From the NCBI RefSeq assembly GCF_006345805.1, contig NC_043012.1, forward strand, positions 45,012,001 to 45,076,000: a stretch of 64,000 nt of DNA. The letters run 5' to 3'. Every line of letters begins with the position of its first letter. The stretch's first letter is position 1. The position numbers and the translations under genes were made by a program. Source of the DNA: Octopus sinensis. Taxonomy: Eukaryota. Positions 1-12,806 of this stretch are shown here, one piece after another. The notes beneath the pieces are model-generated. The model saw only the letters and a list, made by a program, of their open reading frames with translations, was not told where the DNA came from and did no database searches.

Positions 1-859
1 TTGAATATATATATATATATAGTCGACATGATAGATCGTTAGCCACTACACACATTTTTTCTCTCAATTCTGCGTTCCAGTATGTTGAAATTATGTTTTA
101 CTCTCGCAATCACTAATCGTCTAATTTTAATTTAGAAATGGTGGAAGAAAGTTTTTCTTTTTTTTCACACACAGACACTCAAGCTTGCACACACACACAC
201 ATACCATCGAACAATTATACAATTACCACTATAAGAGGGTCACATGACAATATATGTCACGTGCATAGATTGAGTTACGACAACTCAGTCCCACGACGAT
301 AGTTTTTCTATACCGAAACTTGACAAACAGTTGTTTCTTTGATAACTCTGAAAGCACTTCTCAGCAAAGGCAACTTTAGCTGTTGCTACTGCTATTAGCG
401 ATACTTTACGTCAGTTGAACAGACTGGATCAAAGTGAAGTGAAGTGTCTCGATCGTCCAGTGTGGGACGATCTTGAGGTCAAATATATGACCTCAAGATC
501 ACAAAACCAACACCCTAACAACAAGCCTATCATCTTATAATATTTCATTCAACGAGGCTACTTTATTAATTTATTTGTCAGGTTTACATAAATTGCTTCT
601 CGTTCATATTTTGGTACAAAACAAAGTTTAGGCTTTCCATTTATAAAAGAATAAATTTATGCTGAAAAGTTAATAAATATTCATGAGGAGTATTATTGTT
701 CCTATAAAAGTGCTTACTTGTGTGTCTGTGTATGTGTATTTGTGGAAGCTTACTATCAGTTCCTTAGCTTTAGAAACCTACATTTGTTTGTCCATTTACG
801 ATTTCTGTTGCATCACTGAAACCTTTGATCATTACATATACACTGAGAGTTTGAAAAAT

Positions 860-1204
860 TAGTGTCTCTTCCTGACACGTCAGGTTGATCACTGTGTATA
901 CTTTGTATGATCAATAAAGCCTATGGCAAGCAATCACAACAACTACAATTCCAGTAACGTTTTTCAACATCTCGTTGTAAGTGAATATGTTGGCAAGAAA
1001 AACGTAAGCGGTGCTGGAGTCCGTATGAAACATGTTTAGATTGAATACTTGGAATAATTTGGGCGGATTAATGTCTTGAATATTTGGACTGTTCCAGTAA
1101 GTGAGTTGACAGAAACTGAAGAGTGGAACTGGGAATAATTGTGGTATCATTTCTTTTGTAGATTTCAAGTTCAAATCTTGACAGCAGCCAACAGGTAAAT
1201 ACAT
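860..1204 (-). mobile_element. Possible degenerate piggyBac (PGBD-like) transposase fragment
   Basis: ORF 911-1204 contains NPPKLFQVF...TYNEMLKNVTGIVVVVIACHRL, loosely resembling the piggyBac segment P..LF..F...T..EM..F.GI.L..GY..LP; recalled similarity only. Confidence 0.3.
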
Positions 1205-2139
1205 GCTGCGGCGTATTTAATTGATTATGAGATTTACCATGTAATTTTTTAAAATAAAAAAATAATCAATATTCAGTGATAAACTTGATGGTTCAATGTC
1301 CTGATAATTGCAGTTCTTCAAAAATATTAAAAATAAAATTTAAAATAATGTTTCGTATGAATTTCTGAGCTACAGACTGAGTAAAAGAGAAAAGAAAGAA
1401 GAGGAATGTAGTGAGTTGGTGTGGTGGGAGCTGTTTTAGATTTAGCAGAGTAGAGGCCATGGCACTTGTATTATAGGTGGTAGTGTGAAGACTAGTTCAG
1501 CTCAAACAGAAATAAATTCTAATTTAATATCTAACTTATAATCTATAATCATTTCAAGTACAAACTTCTCTTATTAACCAATCTAAAGATCTAAATTTGT
1601 AAGTTCACTTCAAAACCTAGATAAAAACGTCGACATCAAGAGCAAAATATATGCGAAATCACATTTTATGGGCTAATTTTCTTACTGAGTCCAACGACGT
1701 CTTCATATACGCGTGAATATAGAAACCACACATGTAAATAATCATAGAGATAAGTCAGAGACATGTAATTGAAATAATGTGTTAGTCTCGGAAACGTATA
1801 TCTGTTTATGTATAATCTTGCTCACGGTGGAACGCATTCAAAGTAAGCAAAAGCTAAAGTTGACCAAAAACTAGATTGCTATCTAGAAACTGCTCTGGAA
1901 AATATCGAAGAATATGACAACTTTTAGCTAAGACATTCTTGGAACAATGCCATCCGGATGATAAGGTGATACTGGGGCGCTGTGGAAAAAATGTGTCTTG
2001 CATATTAGTGTATAGCTAATTGGTTATCGATCCGAGAAAGGCTTCGGCGCTCATAATTATCAGTCGGAAATAACTTTCAACAATATATATGCTCTCAAAC
2101 ACATACATTCTAATATTATCGTATACACATCCAAGGACA

Positions 2140-2146
2140 TATACTC

Positions 2147-2186
<40 letters not shown>

Positions 2187-2232
2187 AATTAAGTACATAT
2201 ATATACATACATACATACATTATATATATGTA

Positions 2233-2276
<44 letters not shown>

Positions 2277-2917
2277 GGTGTATACGTACGTATGTATATG
2301 AGTGTCTGTGCGTGAGTAATGTTATGTGCGTGTGTACACTTACAGACACACACACACATATAAAACTATTATTACGTTGCTGACTTGATGCACGGTGTGA
2401 CTCTCGATATAATCTCAATATCCGCACAAATACGGTTATACTTACACAAAGCCGTCTGACTATATGTAAAGTATGTACGTATATGGATATAAGCATAATT
2501 TGAGAAAAGCATAGAGATAAACTTTCACGTACACGCACGCACAGACAAATGCATACATACATACGTGTATATCTACATGTATATAGGTTTTTACATATGG
2601 GTTTTTGTGCATGAGTGTGTAAGTGTGTATATGTGTGTGTGTGCGTGTGTGCGTGTGTGTGTGTGTAAAGTATAAATATATAAAATAATTGAAAAATACA
2701 GCATTCAAACATAACCATTACTACGCGTGTCATGTCTGACGGTGTGTTCAACAAATTTAGCTTGGGATAATGTTTTCCCATTTTTACTAAAAGACACACG
2801 CGCATACACATTCACACATACACACACACATACATACACACGCTCTCACACCTATATTTATATATATATACATACACACATATATATATACATACATATA
2901 TACATATATAAACATAC

Positions 2918-2950
<33 letters not shown>

Positions 2951-2985
2951 TATACGTATATATATATATGTATATATATATATAT

Positions 2986-3016
<31 letters not shown>

Positions 3017-3018
3017 TA

Positions 3019-3061
<43 letters not shown>

Positions 3062-3075
3062 ATATATACGCATAC
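2140..3075. repeat. Compound (CA)n/(TA)n/(TG)n microsatellite-rich tract
   Basis: Visible dinucleotide runs; they explain the YIYI/THTH ORFs. Confidence 0.95.
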
Positions 3076-3404
3076 ATATGTAGGCTGTAAATGTATACTC
3101 ACACAGAAACGTCTGTATGTGTAAGCAAATACATATGGATATTAACGATATCAGAATACGTGGTTATACGTATGTAAATGTGTGCACACTTTCATGCAAT
3201 GAATAAGTGAAGGCCTTGTGTGTAAGCAAAGCAATGTAGTACACAGTGAGCGTTGATTTAGCACCAGTGAAAGATGGCTGCGGGGTATCATATATTGACA
3301 AAAAATGATGTTTAGATATATTTAGATTACATCTACGTGGGAAAAATATCTAACAGATGCTATGAATCGATCATTGTTAAATACATTCGCTCTTCAAGTG
3401 TCTT

Positions 3405-3420
3405 ACTACTGCTGCTGCTG

Positions 3421-3483
<63 letters not shown>

Positions 3484-3520
3484 TTACTGCTGCTGCTGCT
3501 GCTATTACTACTACTACAAT
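3405..3520. repeat. (CTG)n/(CTA)n trinucleotide microsatellite
   Basis: Direct; explains the poly-L/poly-S ORFs. Confidence 0.95.
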
Positions 3521-3999
3521 TAGGACAACATGTATTGGTAGGGGTAATACTATCATTGTTATATGAAATCAAAATGTCAAATTAATTCCAGTATTCTTCC
3601 CATAACCTCAAAGCGGGTCTCATTGCCATTCACGACCTATATAATTTTGATTTACGTTTCAGCAGATATATTGGTGTGGTGACCAGACCGATACAAAAGG
3701 AGCCCTAGGATTTTGAAGGAATTTTCTCTTGCCACTTTGATAAAGTCGACCTTTGATAAAATGTTAACCATCATTCTAAGTGTTACTCAGTCCAGTTATG
3801 GAAAGTACATTGGTACTCTATAGGGGATAATGGTGCAAATAAACAAATGTAACAACTTGATATTAAATATTAGATATTAAATATTAAAAATATTAGATAA
3901 TAAAATAAATATATATGCACCTATACAAGTGAATAGAAAGAAAGCAAAGACTGAAAATTTTCAGATGCTGAATATTCAAGTATAAATATTTATATATCT

Positions 4000-5560
4000 A
4001 TATCTATATATTAACAGATAAGTATATATTAACAGAGTAAACTTACATACAGTACTAGAGGTGGAAGGTATGGTGTTACAGGTCTGATAGCTGTTTTAGA
4101 GTGCTCGGAATTACTCCGTGATGTAGGCAGAGGTAGTTCATAAAAATATGTAACCAGTAGTAGAAAAATATAAACACCGGGTATATCTGGCCTGCATCTT
4201 TAGGGTGGGGGGGATATATATCTAGCAAGTAGTTTATATCTACTTGAGATCTATACACGAATTGTGTTTATTTAATAATAATTATTGAGATAGTTACTTA
4301 ATAGTTTGAAACGAAGCTTACATTTCACATGCAGCTTCAATCTAACACCACCGCTGCATGCATTTCGTCGTGAGAATAATAAACAGCCAGTTAAGAGGTA
4401 AATAGTTTATATATTCTTTATTAGTACTAGGTTATGCATGTAGCAAATTCATCAAGTGTATATAGCTATTACCAAGGAATACAACCTAGGGAATACGATC
4501 AGCCTTAAACAGTGGCAAAACTGTAAAATTGGCGAATATTTGTTAGTTGCGATGCAGATTACAACTCCTTCTGTGGGTAAATCTTGCGGAATGGTGATCT
4601 CTAACAGGGTGATTCATCCCAGGTAATTAGAGGGTATTCGTTGTTGCTCCTGATCTTAATATTAAAAAGGTGTCCACCTTATTAACATTATTTAAAGAGG
4701 CTATTACTAAAACAACTCTGTTTAAGAGAAAAATCTGTTTGCAGTGTTTTACTCGTGTATAGTTTGATGATTTTTGCTGTTTCAAACACTCCGCTGCAAC
4801 TTTACTTTGAGGTGGCTGCAAGAAACAAACAATATGCGTAGAGAGAGAATTTTAAAAAGTTGTGGAAAAGAAACACTCTGAATGAGTATTGATTGTGGGA
4901 TCTGTGGCAGTGAATACAATATTGGTGGCAAGAGGAGGAGAGACGAGGAATTTCCAAAATATAAGTGTCACATGATCAGCGAACTCCGGAGCTGCTGTCC
5001 TGTTGAAGGGAAGAAATGCAGACTAAGAGGGCAGAGATGGAGTATGTTTAGGGCAAATTCCATGCCTGTCAAACGAGTTGCAATTTCTTTGGATGTAATA
5101 TGCCCGTGTGCATGGCTGCCGCACTACATCACGTGAGGGAGTGGCACAACATCCTGGTTAACAGGTGAGCATCGTAGAATGTTGGTATTTGTTGGGGATT
5201 GATGTATTTTCTGACTCCGAAGAAGACAACTAGTGTCTGATGCTGTATTTTTACGCAGGGAAAATCCTCATTGATAATGAAGCCTAGCATTTGCAGGGAT
5301 TATAAGGCTCTTAAATGTATAATGTCCAGCAGCGCACATTGCAATTGTGCGATCTGACAAAAAGCAGCGATCTAAGAGACGGAAGACTAATAGAGACCGT
5401 GGAAGGATAATTTTAATTGGATATTCTCGGACCAGACTCGGTCGACAGCTTTGTGCCTCTGAGAGCAACAACATCATTTTCATCAAATTCGATTTAGCCC
5501 TCGGGTAGCAACAGTTACTTCCTATTTGCTCACCCATAGAAAGTATGAAAAATTGCTGCT
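4000..5560 (-). mobile_element. Old, heavily mutated CR1/L2/Jockey-like LINE RT fragment
   Basis: Minus-strand translations give KAVDRVW (cf. KAFDRVW, ~5440), FADHVTL (cf. FADD, ~4975) and YRSQV (cf. YKSQVRP, ~4250) in the expected order, with many stops and frameshifts. Confidence 0.5.
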
Positions 5561-6499
5561 ATTTCCTTCAAACAAGCAAATTGGTGGTATTGAGCAGAAT
5601 ATTTGCTAGAGCGACATTTCTACTTCACTAACTCGGTGCTGAATTGTAATCGAAAAAGATCAGTTTCAAAACATCGATGACCAGGTTACAAAAGCAGTTT
5701 GAAGGGGATAGTAGTCATTTCCTTTGGTTTCTAGATAGAAGCAAATAGAAAATAATACCTACTAACCAAAGACAATAAAAAATTGTTACACAGTTTAATA
5801 AAAATATGTAGAATTATATAGAAAATTCAATTTCAAATGACGAATAAATATGTTTCGTATAATTTGAATACCCTCTTACACTGTGATGTAGATGGTGTTA
5901 CAATTTCTTTTTTTCATTCGAAAACTTTTGTCTCATTTACTATTGTTATAGATGCAAATAGAACTTGTCAAGGTTAAAATATTCAATAAATTTCTTTTTT
6001 CCTGTCTTTGCATTGTTGAGTAGATTCTACTTGCTTCCTGTTTCAAGCAAAAAGAGGAATTATCGTAGCAGCTGTACTTGTGATCGTTTAACCTTATCCT
6101 CTTAACTACTGCAACTATTAATATGTCTTTTAATAATGGTTTCAAGTAGTTTTCTCAAATTTAAAGTGATATAAACAATGGAATCAACACTTATTTAATT
6201 GACCTCGAGTGTTTGAAATGAAAAATCAAATCATTTAAGTTCAACACAAAACAAGCAAATACCACATATTAAATTATTAATGGTGTCTCACTCGATTGCA
6301 CCAATTAAAACTGGCTTCTAAATCTTTAATGATGATTTATTACTCGGGCAAAAGTGTGACATTCATGTAACTTCCAAGGACGCGACTAGTATTACAAGAG
6401 AAAATAGCTTTCTATTGAGTATCGAAAGCAAAGTCCTAACCCATATTAATGGAAGCATGCATATACTATATATTTAAGATTTGCTTATGTTTTTCTGTT

Positions 6500-7305
6500 C
6501 GAAGCCGGACAGAATGCTTAACGTCATTTCGTCCATCTTTATGTTTTGAGTTAAAACTCGGCTGAAGTCGACCTTTCCTTTCATATGTATGTGGTTTGTG
6601 AAATAAGTACCTGTTGAGTAATGTAGTCGTTATAATCAATTAGTCTTCTCCCGCCCCTAATTTCATACCTTATGCCGATAGTAGAAAGGATTATCATCAA
6701 AAATGATTAAGGCGGCGGGCTAGCAGAATCCTTAGCACACCAAATAGAAAGTTTAGCGGTATTTCTTCTGCTTTTACGTTGAGTTCAGATACCAGGCTTT
6801 GGCAATCCTCATTTCGGGGTCGATAAATTAAGTACCAGTTGGGCCTTGGGGCCGTTATAATCTACTAGTCCGCTGTTCCAAATCGCCGAACTTGTACCTA
6901 TAGTAGAAAAGTTTATTATTATTACGCTCTGAGTTCAAATGCTGTTAAGGTTGACTTTGCCTTTCATCCTTTCGAAGTCAATAAATTAAGTAGAAATTGA
7001 GCACTGGGGTCGATATAATCAACTTATCCCCTCCTCCAAATTCTAGGACTTGAGTCTATAATAGGAAGGATTTATGTTTTCCTTTTATATGATAACCCCT
7101 AATTTCTAAACTTTGTAATTAGATAGTGAACTGCCACAAATGTTGGCGGCATTTCTTCACGCTCTTTTCGTTCTGAGTTCATGTTGACTTTGCCTTTCAT
7201 CCTTTCGGGATCGATAAAATAAGTACCAGTTGAGCACTGGATCCTATTATATCGACTTACCCTTCCACTAAAATTGCCGGCCTTGTACCAAAATTTGAAA
7301 CCATT
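6500..7305 (+). mobile_element. Cluster of four partial tRNA-derived SINE copies (family A)
   Basis: Repeated gagttcaaat B-box-like motif and gactttgcctttcatcctttcggggtcgataaat(t)aagtaccag core at ~6560, ~6780, ~6930 and ~7180; the core resembles the MetaSINE/Sauria-type central domain (recalled). Confidence 0.85.
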
Positions 7306-7549
7306 ATAATTATGTTATTGTCATCAGAGCGGTGAATTGAGAGAACCAGCATCACATTGAAATATTTACTTTACAATATTTATACTTTTCATTCTGCATT
7401 CTGGGCACTTATAATTGTACATAATCACCACATATATATAACTCTCCTGTCTCTCTATATGTAACTCTTCTGTGTGTGTCTCTCTCTCTGTATACATATA
7501 TATATGTGTGTGCGTGCCTTGTGTGCGTATGAGTGTGTATGTGTGTGTG

Positions 7550-7584
<35 letters not shown>

Positions 7585-7741
7585 CGATTCAAATGTCTTT
7601 CTGAAATATTCAGCAGAGAATGATCCCTTCAGACGTTGGGAAATGCGATACGCATCCTACTGACTGATAAGACACATGTGGACGACTCGAGTTGTCATGT
7701 TCAAATCTCTGGGAAAAGTTCAAATTCGGGACTATTATACT

Positions 7742-7954
7742 AATCTTTTCTACTCTAGGCACAAGGCCTGAAATTTTTGGGGAAGGGGGACAGTCGATTA
7801 GATAGATCCCAGTATGCAACTGGTACTTAATTTATCGACCCCGAAAGGATTAAAGGCAAAGTTGACCACGGCGGAATTTGAACTCAGACCGTAAAGACAG
7901 ACGAACTACCGCTAAGCATTTCGCCCGGCGTGCGAACCTTTCTGCCAGCTCGCC
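7742..7954 (-). mobile_element. tRNA-derived SINE (family A), near full length
   Basis: Reverse complement of ggcgagctggcagaaa...gagttcaaattccgcc...cctttcggggtcgataaattaagtacc. Confidence 0.9.
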
Positions 7955-8015
7955 ACATTCAGGGACTATAATACTAATACTACACGGATTGCATGATATT
8001 GCTCCTTCTTTTATT

Positions 8016-8017
<2 letters not shown>

Positions 8018-8098
<81 letters not shown>

Positions 8099-8105
8099 AA
8101 GAGAT
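8018..8105. repeat. (GA)n microsatellite
   Basis: Direct. Confidence 0.95.
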
Positions 8106-9127
8106 ATTTAAACATACGATTTTCATAGCTTGGGTGACTTGACTCTCAGTGTGAATGTCATTTGGGCAGAGATAATCGTCCAGATATTTAATGCAGAGAC
8201 TCCTGTGTATGCGGGGAGAATATAGTAGAAATAATCGACTGTATCATCTTATTTTTCCAATATATATTTCGGAAATAAGTGAAGACATTTCTTTACAATT
8301 TGAACCAAATGCAAAAAATAATTCCTTACTGATGTCTATTGCTTTGGCTATCTCTTCAACTCATCGAATACTTTCACTATAATTTTAAAAAATCGCGAAC
8401 TCTACGGAATCATAAAATCTTCTATAAAGGCCAACATCGTTGCTGGATTTCAGTTACTGGTTTAGCTATTTTATTTCACGTGTACCACTAATAAGCACGG
8501 GAAACAAATGTTACCCTTTCTTCTTTTTCTCGAACCTTTGCGTCAAGTTATGATTTATGTAGTGAGTAAGAGAAAAGAAATGTTAAATATAAGGAAAGGA
8601 ACATTAAAAACGAATAATCTATGCATCTTCATTGATCTCCGATTTAGAATTTAAATTTCTAAGCCCACCATGATTTTTTTCCCTTACAATAACTAGTTGC
8701 AGGGCATACCACGTCTTTAGAAAGACAGCAGTTATCTGGTAACTAGTGAAAGAAAATCAGTTATGCACTCTATAACAGAAACTACTTACCACTAGCATAT
8801 AATTAAAAAGTATTCCTTTGTATAAGTTATGAAGGTGTTTCCTATTCAAACAGAGGAGATGGTCTCTGATTTTTGAAACAATGCAAAATAGTCTTCAGTA
8901 CAGGTCAAGATGCATTATACACCATTTAGTATCTTTGACTATTTACTTTATTGTGTTGTCCCATTATCGATCGGTGATGTAAGTGCGAAAATAGGCAATT
9001 GTTTCATGTGAGAGTACAATTGACCGGCAAAAATATCATTTCTTCCATTTCTTTTCCACTCATTATACACACATATGCATACATTTATACATGTGTATAC
9101 ACACACACACACAACACACACACACAC

Positions 9128-9185
<58 letters not shown>

Positions 9186-9306
9186 ATATATATATATATA
9201 TACGTAGTACACGTGTACACATACATATATCACTATAGGTATATATGTATATCGTCTGTATTGATTAAAATGAAACGTGCATGTGTGTATGCGCAAACAC
9301 ATTCAG

Positions 9307-9345
<39 letters not shown>

Positions 9346-10857
9346 GTGTGTGTGTGTGTACGTGTGTGTGTGTGTATGTGCGTGTGAGTGCATTCCATTC
9401 GGTGTATTTTTTGACAGTTCTGTTATCACTATTTCTGATAATCATCACGAAATCATTAATTAACTAAACGGAAACTAGATTATTAAAAGAAAAAAAATGA
9501 AACAGAAGATACTGTGAGGTCTTTATCAGCAGAGAGCAGAGCAATGATGAGATCGAAGTTTCAAATGTCAAACTTTGGTAATATTGCTGTCACTGATGAT
9601 CTAATCGGTCAGTTGTTCGGCGACAAATTAGCATGCTAGGATTTTCTTTAGTTGTCCGAGCTTAATCTATTGTCTTTATCGTTAAGAGATATCTGGTGAG
9701 TTAGAAATAGATGCAAGCTGGTCAATAATTCGTTTAATTCTGTTCCATCGACTTTCTATACAGTGAATTACTGTGCTGCTATTATTTGAGCAATCTTTGA
9801 TATTAATCAAGATTTTGCGAAATAATAAATTTTGACTCTCTATAATAATATATTTTGCCGCTCATCAATTTATCTACCAGGAATTTATCAAGGAGATTAT
9901 TTAGGACAGGTAAAAGTACCTTACCTACTGAGAATGTAATATTGATAACTTTAAAATTTAGAGTCTAAATAGTAGCTGCTGTAAGCAGTCGATTCAAGAA
10001 TTAGTATACTGGATAATCTACGATTTCAGATCGATATGTCAATAAATATTTTCCCCATGAAACATCTTTGATAGGACTAAGTGATCCCCACATCATCGGC
10101 GCAGCTGTGACAGTATTTCTATCCTGTTCATCATCTGCCTCAGATAGAATAGATCAATTTAATCTGGTGCATATAGGTTTGTTAATATAGATATCGATTT
10201 TCTAGATAGGCTCAGGGCTCAAAGATTAAACGAGACCGAGAAGTGAGTGTGATGTACATCCATCTCTCATGACATTTTAAATATAAGTTTTTGATTTGAG
10301 TAAACTGAGAATTAAAATCTGAATCATGGATTTACAATGTTTTCCTTAGTATAAACTTACTGAGATTTATTGTTGTCAAAGAATTATTACAATATATTTA
10401 TATAAATTATTTTAGTTAACTCTAGATATTAAACAAAAATCAGTATAGTTTACAGATTATAGTTGTTTGATATCTAACTTATGTAGAAGAGCACACATTT
10501 ACAGGGAGTGAAAGAAGCTGGTGAGTCGTTCAAACATTTAAGATGTGGTGTATCAGAACAAGTTCAATTAATGAAATTTAATCTAGAAACGAAGTAGTAT
10601 CGTCGACTTACGAGAGATTCCTGAGCACGGATTTTGTCTCTCCGTATTCTCTTGATTTGATCGTAAATGGTTGCAAATACCCATTGCAATCAACAGTTTC
10701 GATATATTTTATATGCTAGAAAAATATAATGATTTACAGTGCGCCATTCTCTTAGCCAATATATGAGTATTTCAGAGTTGAATGTGTAGCGATACCGACA
10801 AATATAGTAACATGGTAGGAAGTTATGTACAGCTTATATATATATATATATATATAT

Positions 10858-11144
10858 AAATTGAATGGAGACAAGAAGTGGAACGAACCGACAAATCGAA
10901 ACGAACCTGACGCGGGGCGCTGTCAGACAATAATGTGATAATTAAAAATATATGCATACATACAAACATATATGTACGTACCTACATCTTCATGTATATA
11001 TACATGCATATATAAATAAATATACATAAGTACAGGACGTCACAACATATATATTTTTAATTATCACATTATTGTCTGACAGCGCTCCGCGTCAGGTTCG
11101 TTTCGATTTGTCGGTTCGTTCCACTTCTTGTCTCCATTCAATTT
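10858..11144. repeat. Fold-back element with ~96-bp near-perfect inverted arms and a ~95-bp spacer
   Basis: 10858-10953 is the reverse complement of 11049-11144 with one visible mismatch. Confidence 0.9.
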
Positions 11145-11156
11145 TTATATAAATAT

Positions 11157-11880
11157 TTAAGACGCGCAATTCTCTCCCTTTGCTTTACCCTCCCCACTCT
11201 CGCTCCCTCTCACTCTTCCCTTTTTCTCTCTCTTAGCCGCGTGTCCCCCTCCTCCTTCCTTCTTTCTCACTCCCAGCTTAAAAACTTTCTCTCTTTCGCA
11301 CGCTGCCTCTGCTACTGAAAAGTCTTGCTTCCCTACGCTGCCACACATCTTTCGTCTAGCCAAAAAAAGGCTTTTTTCGTCTGTTTGGTTTTTATCATTT
11401 GTCCTCTTGTTTTTTCCCGTATTGTATTCCCTTTTTATTTCTCGTCTTGTATTTTTTTGTACATGTATTTTTATCTTGTATTTTATTGTGTAGTTTTATT
11501 GTTACATCCTGTTTGTGTTCTTACCCGTTTTACCCCGCTGCTTGGAATTTTATTTTAATTCTCTCGCAGGAAGGCTTAGTTAACAAGTGTCCTGTCTTGC
11601 CTTCGAAACACGCCTGAGTTAACTAGCGACAGCTGATGACGATGGATTTTTCCTTGTGTAGCTTGTCCTGTACTTGTTTACTTGTAAAAATTTTTTGGAT
11701 TTTTCCTTGTGTAGCATGTCCTGTACTTGTTAAATTTTTGTTTTTTCCGTTTCTACGTCTTGTTGTGGCGTCCTGTACTTATGTATATTTATTTATATAT
11801 GCATGTATATATACATGTAGATGTAGGTACGTACATATATGTTTGTATGTATGCATATATTTTTCATTATCACATTATAT
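11157..11880 (+). mobile_element. Non-coding interspersed repeat, same family as the 62400-64000 tandem unit and 37190-37640
   Basis: Shared ccttcgaaac...gcgac..ctga(t/a)ga..gga.ttt.cctt block, followed by gtaggta.gtacatatatg; probably Penelope-pLTR-like. Confidence 0.6.
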
Positions 11881-12136
11881 ATATATATATATATATATAT
11901 AAGAGCACACATATATATTGAATATTCTATTGAATGGTAGGTCATGTTCCTCTAGCTTTCCGTTGGTATTGCCTCCATTGAAATCATAATTTGGAACTTA
12001 GCTCAATTAGAGCTAGCCCGTTTCTGAGCATTGTTAAGTTAAAAATCTCTACTTAACATTTTATAATATACATACATATATATATATGTGTGTATATATA
12101 TATATATAATATATATATATAATATATATATATATG

Positions 12137-12307
<171 letters not shown>

Positions 12308-12357
12308 CAATTCGTTTTGCAAGATTCGTGATATGAAATCGTGTGTTGAAACGTATA

Positions 12358-12806
12358 CTGCTGTATTTCGGGACGGTCATTCTTTTTCCAAATAAACACA
12401 TGCACTATATATTTTTTCGTCACTCCTTTATTTCTGTTCTGATTTTGTTATTTCAACTTATGTCCATTGTTCGGAAATCTTTAGTCACACATCTGTGACC
12501 TCTTCAGTATCACTTTTCGTTTTCGTGTGTCTTCTTGCTCCAATTACTCCATTCTGTTCTTCTAAGATGTGTATCCTTATGCGCACATAAAGATACACAT
12601 CTTAGAAGAACAGAATGGAGCAAGTGAAGCAAGAAGACACACGTAAACGGTGTCGCTGAAGAGACCACACATGTGTGACGAAAGATTTCCGGACAATGAG
12701 CATGAGTTAAAATAAGAAAATAAGAACAGTAATAAACGAGTGAAGAAAAAATATATAGTGCGTGTGTTTATTTGGCAAAAAAAAATATGACCAACTCGAA
12801 ATACAG
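12358..12806. repeat. ~450-bp imperfect palindrome centred near 12583, with an HHR-like motif in each arm
   Basis: Arms match as reverse complements (e.g. aagatgtgtatc/gatacacatctt, ccaaataaacac/gtgtttatttgg); roughly 80% identity by eye. Confidence 0.85.
12653..12692 (+). ncRNA. Minimal type I hammerhead ribozyme-like motif
   Basis: tcg CTGAAGA gaccacacatgtgtgac GAAA gattt C cgg: canonical core, self-complementary stem II, UUC site, 3-bp stem I. Confidence 0.55.
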
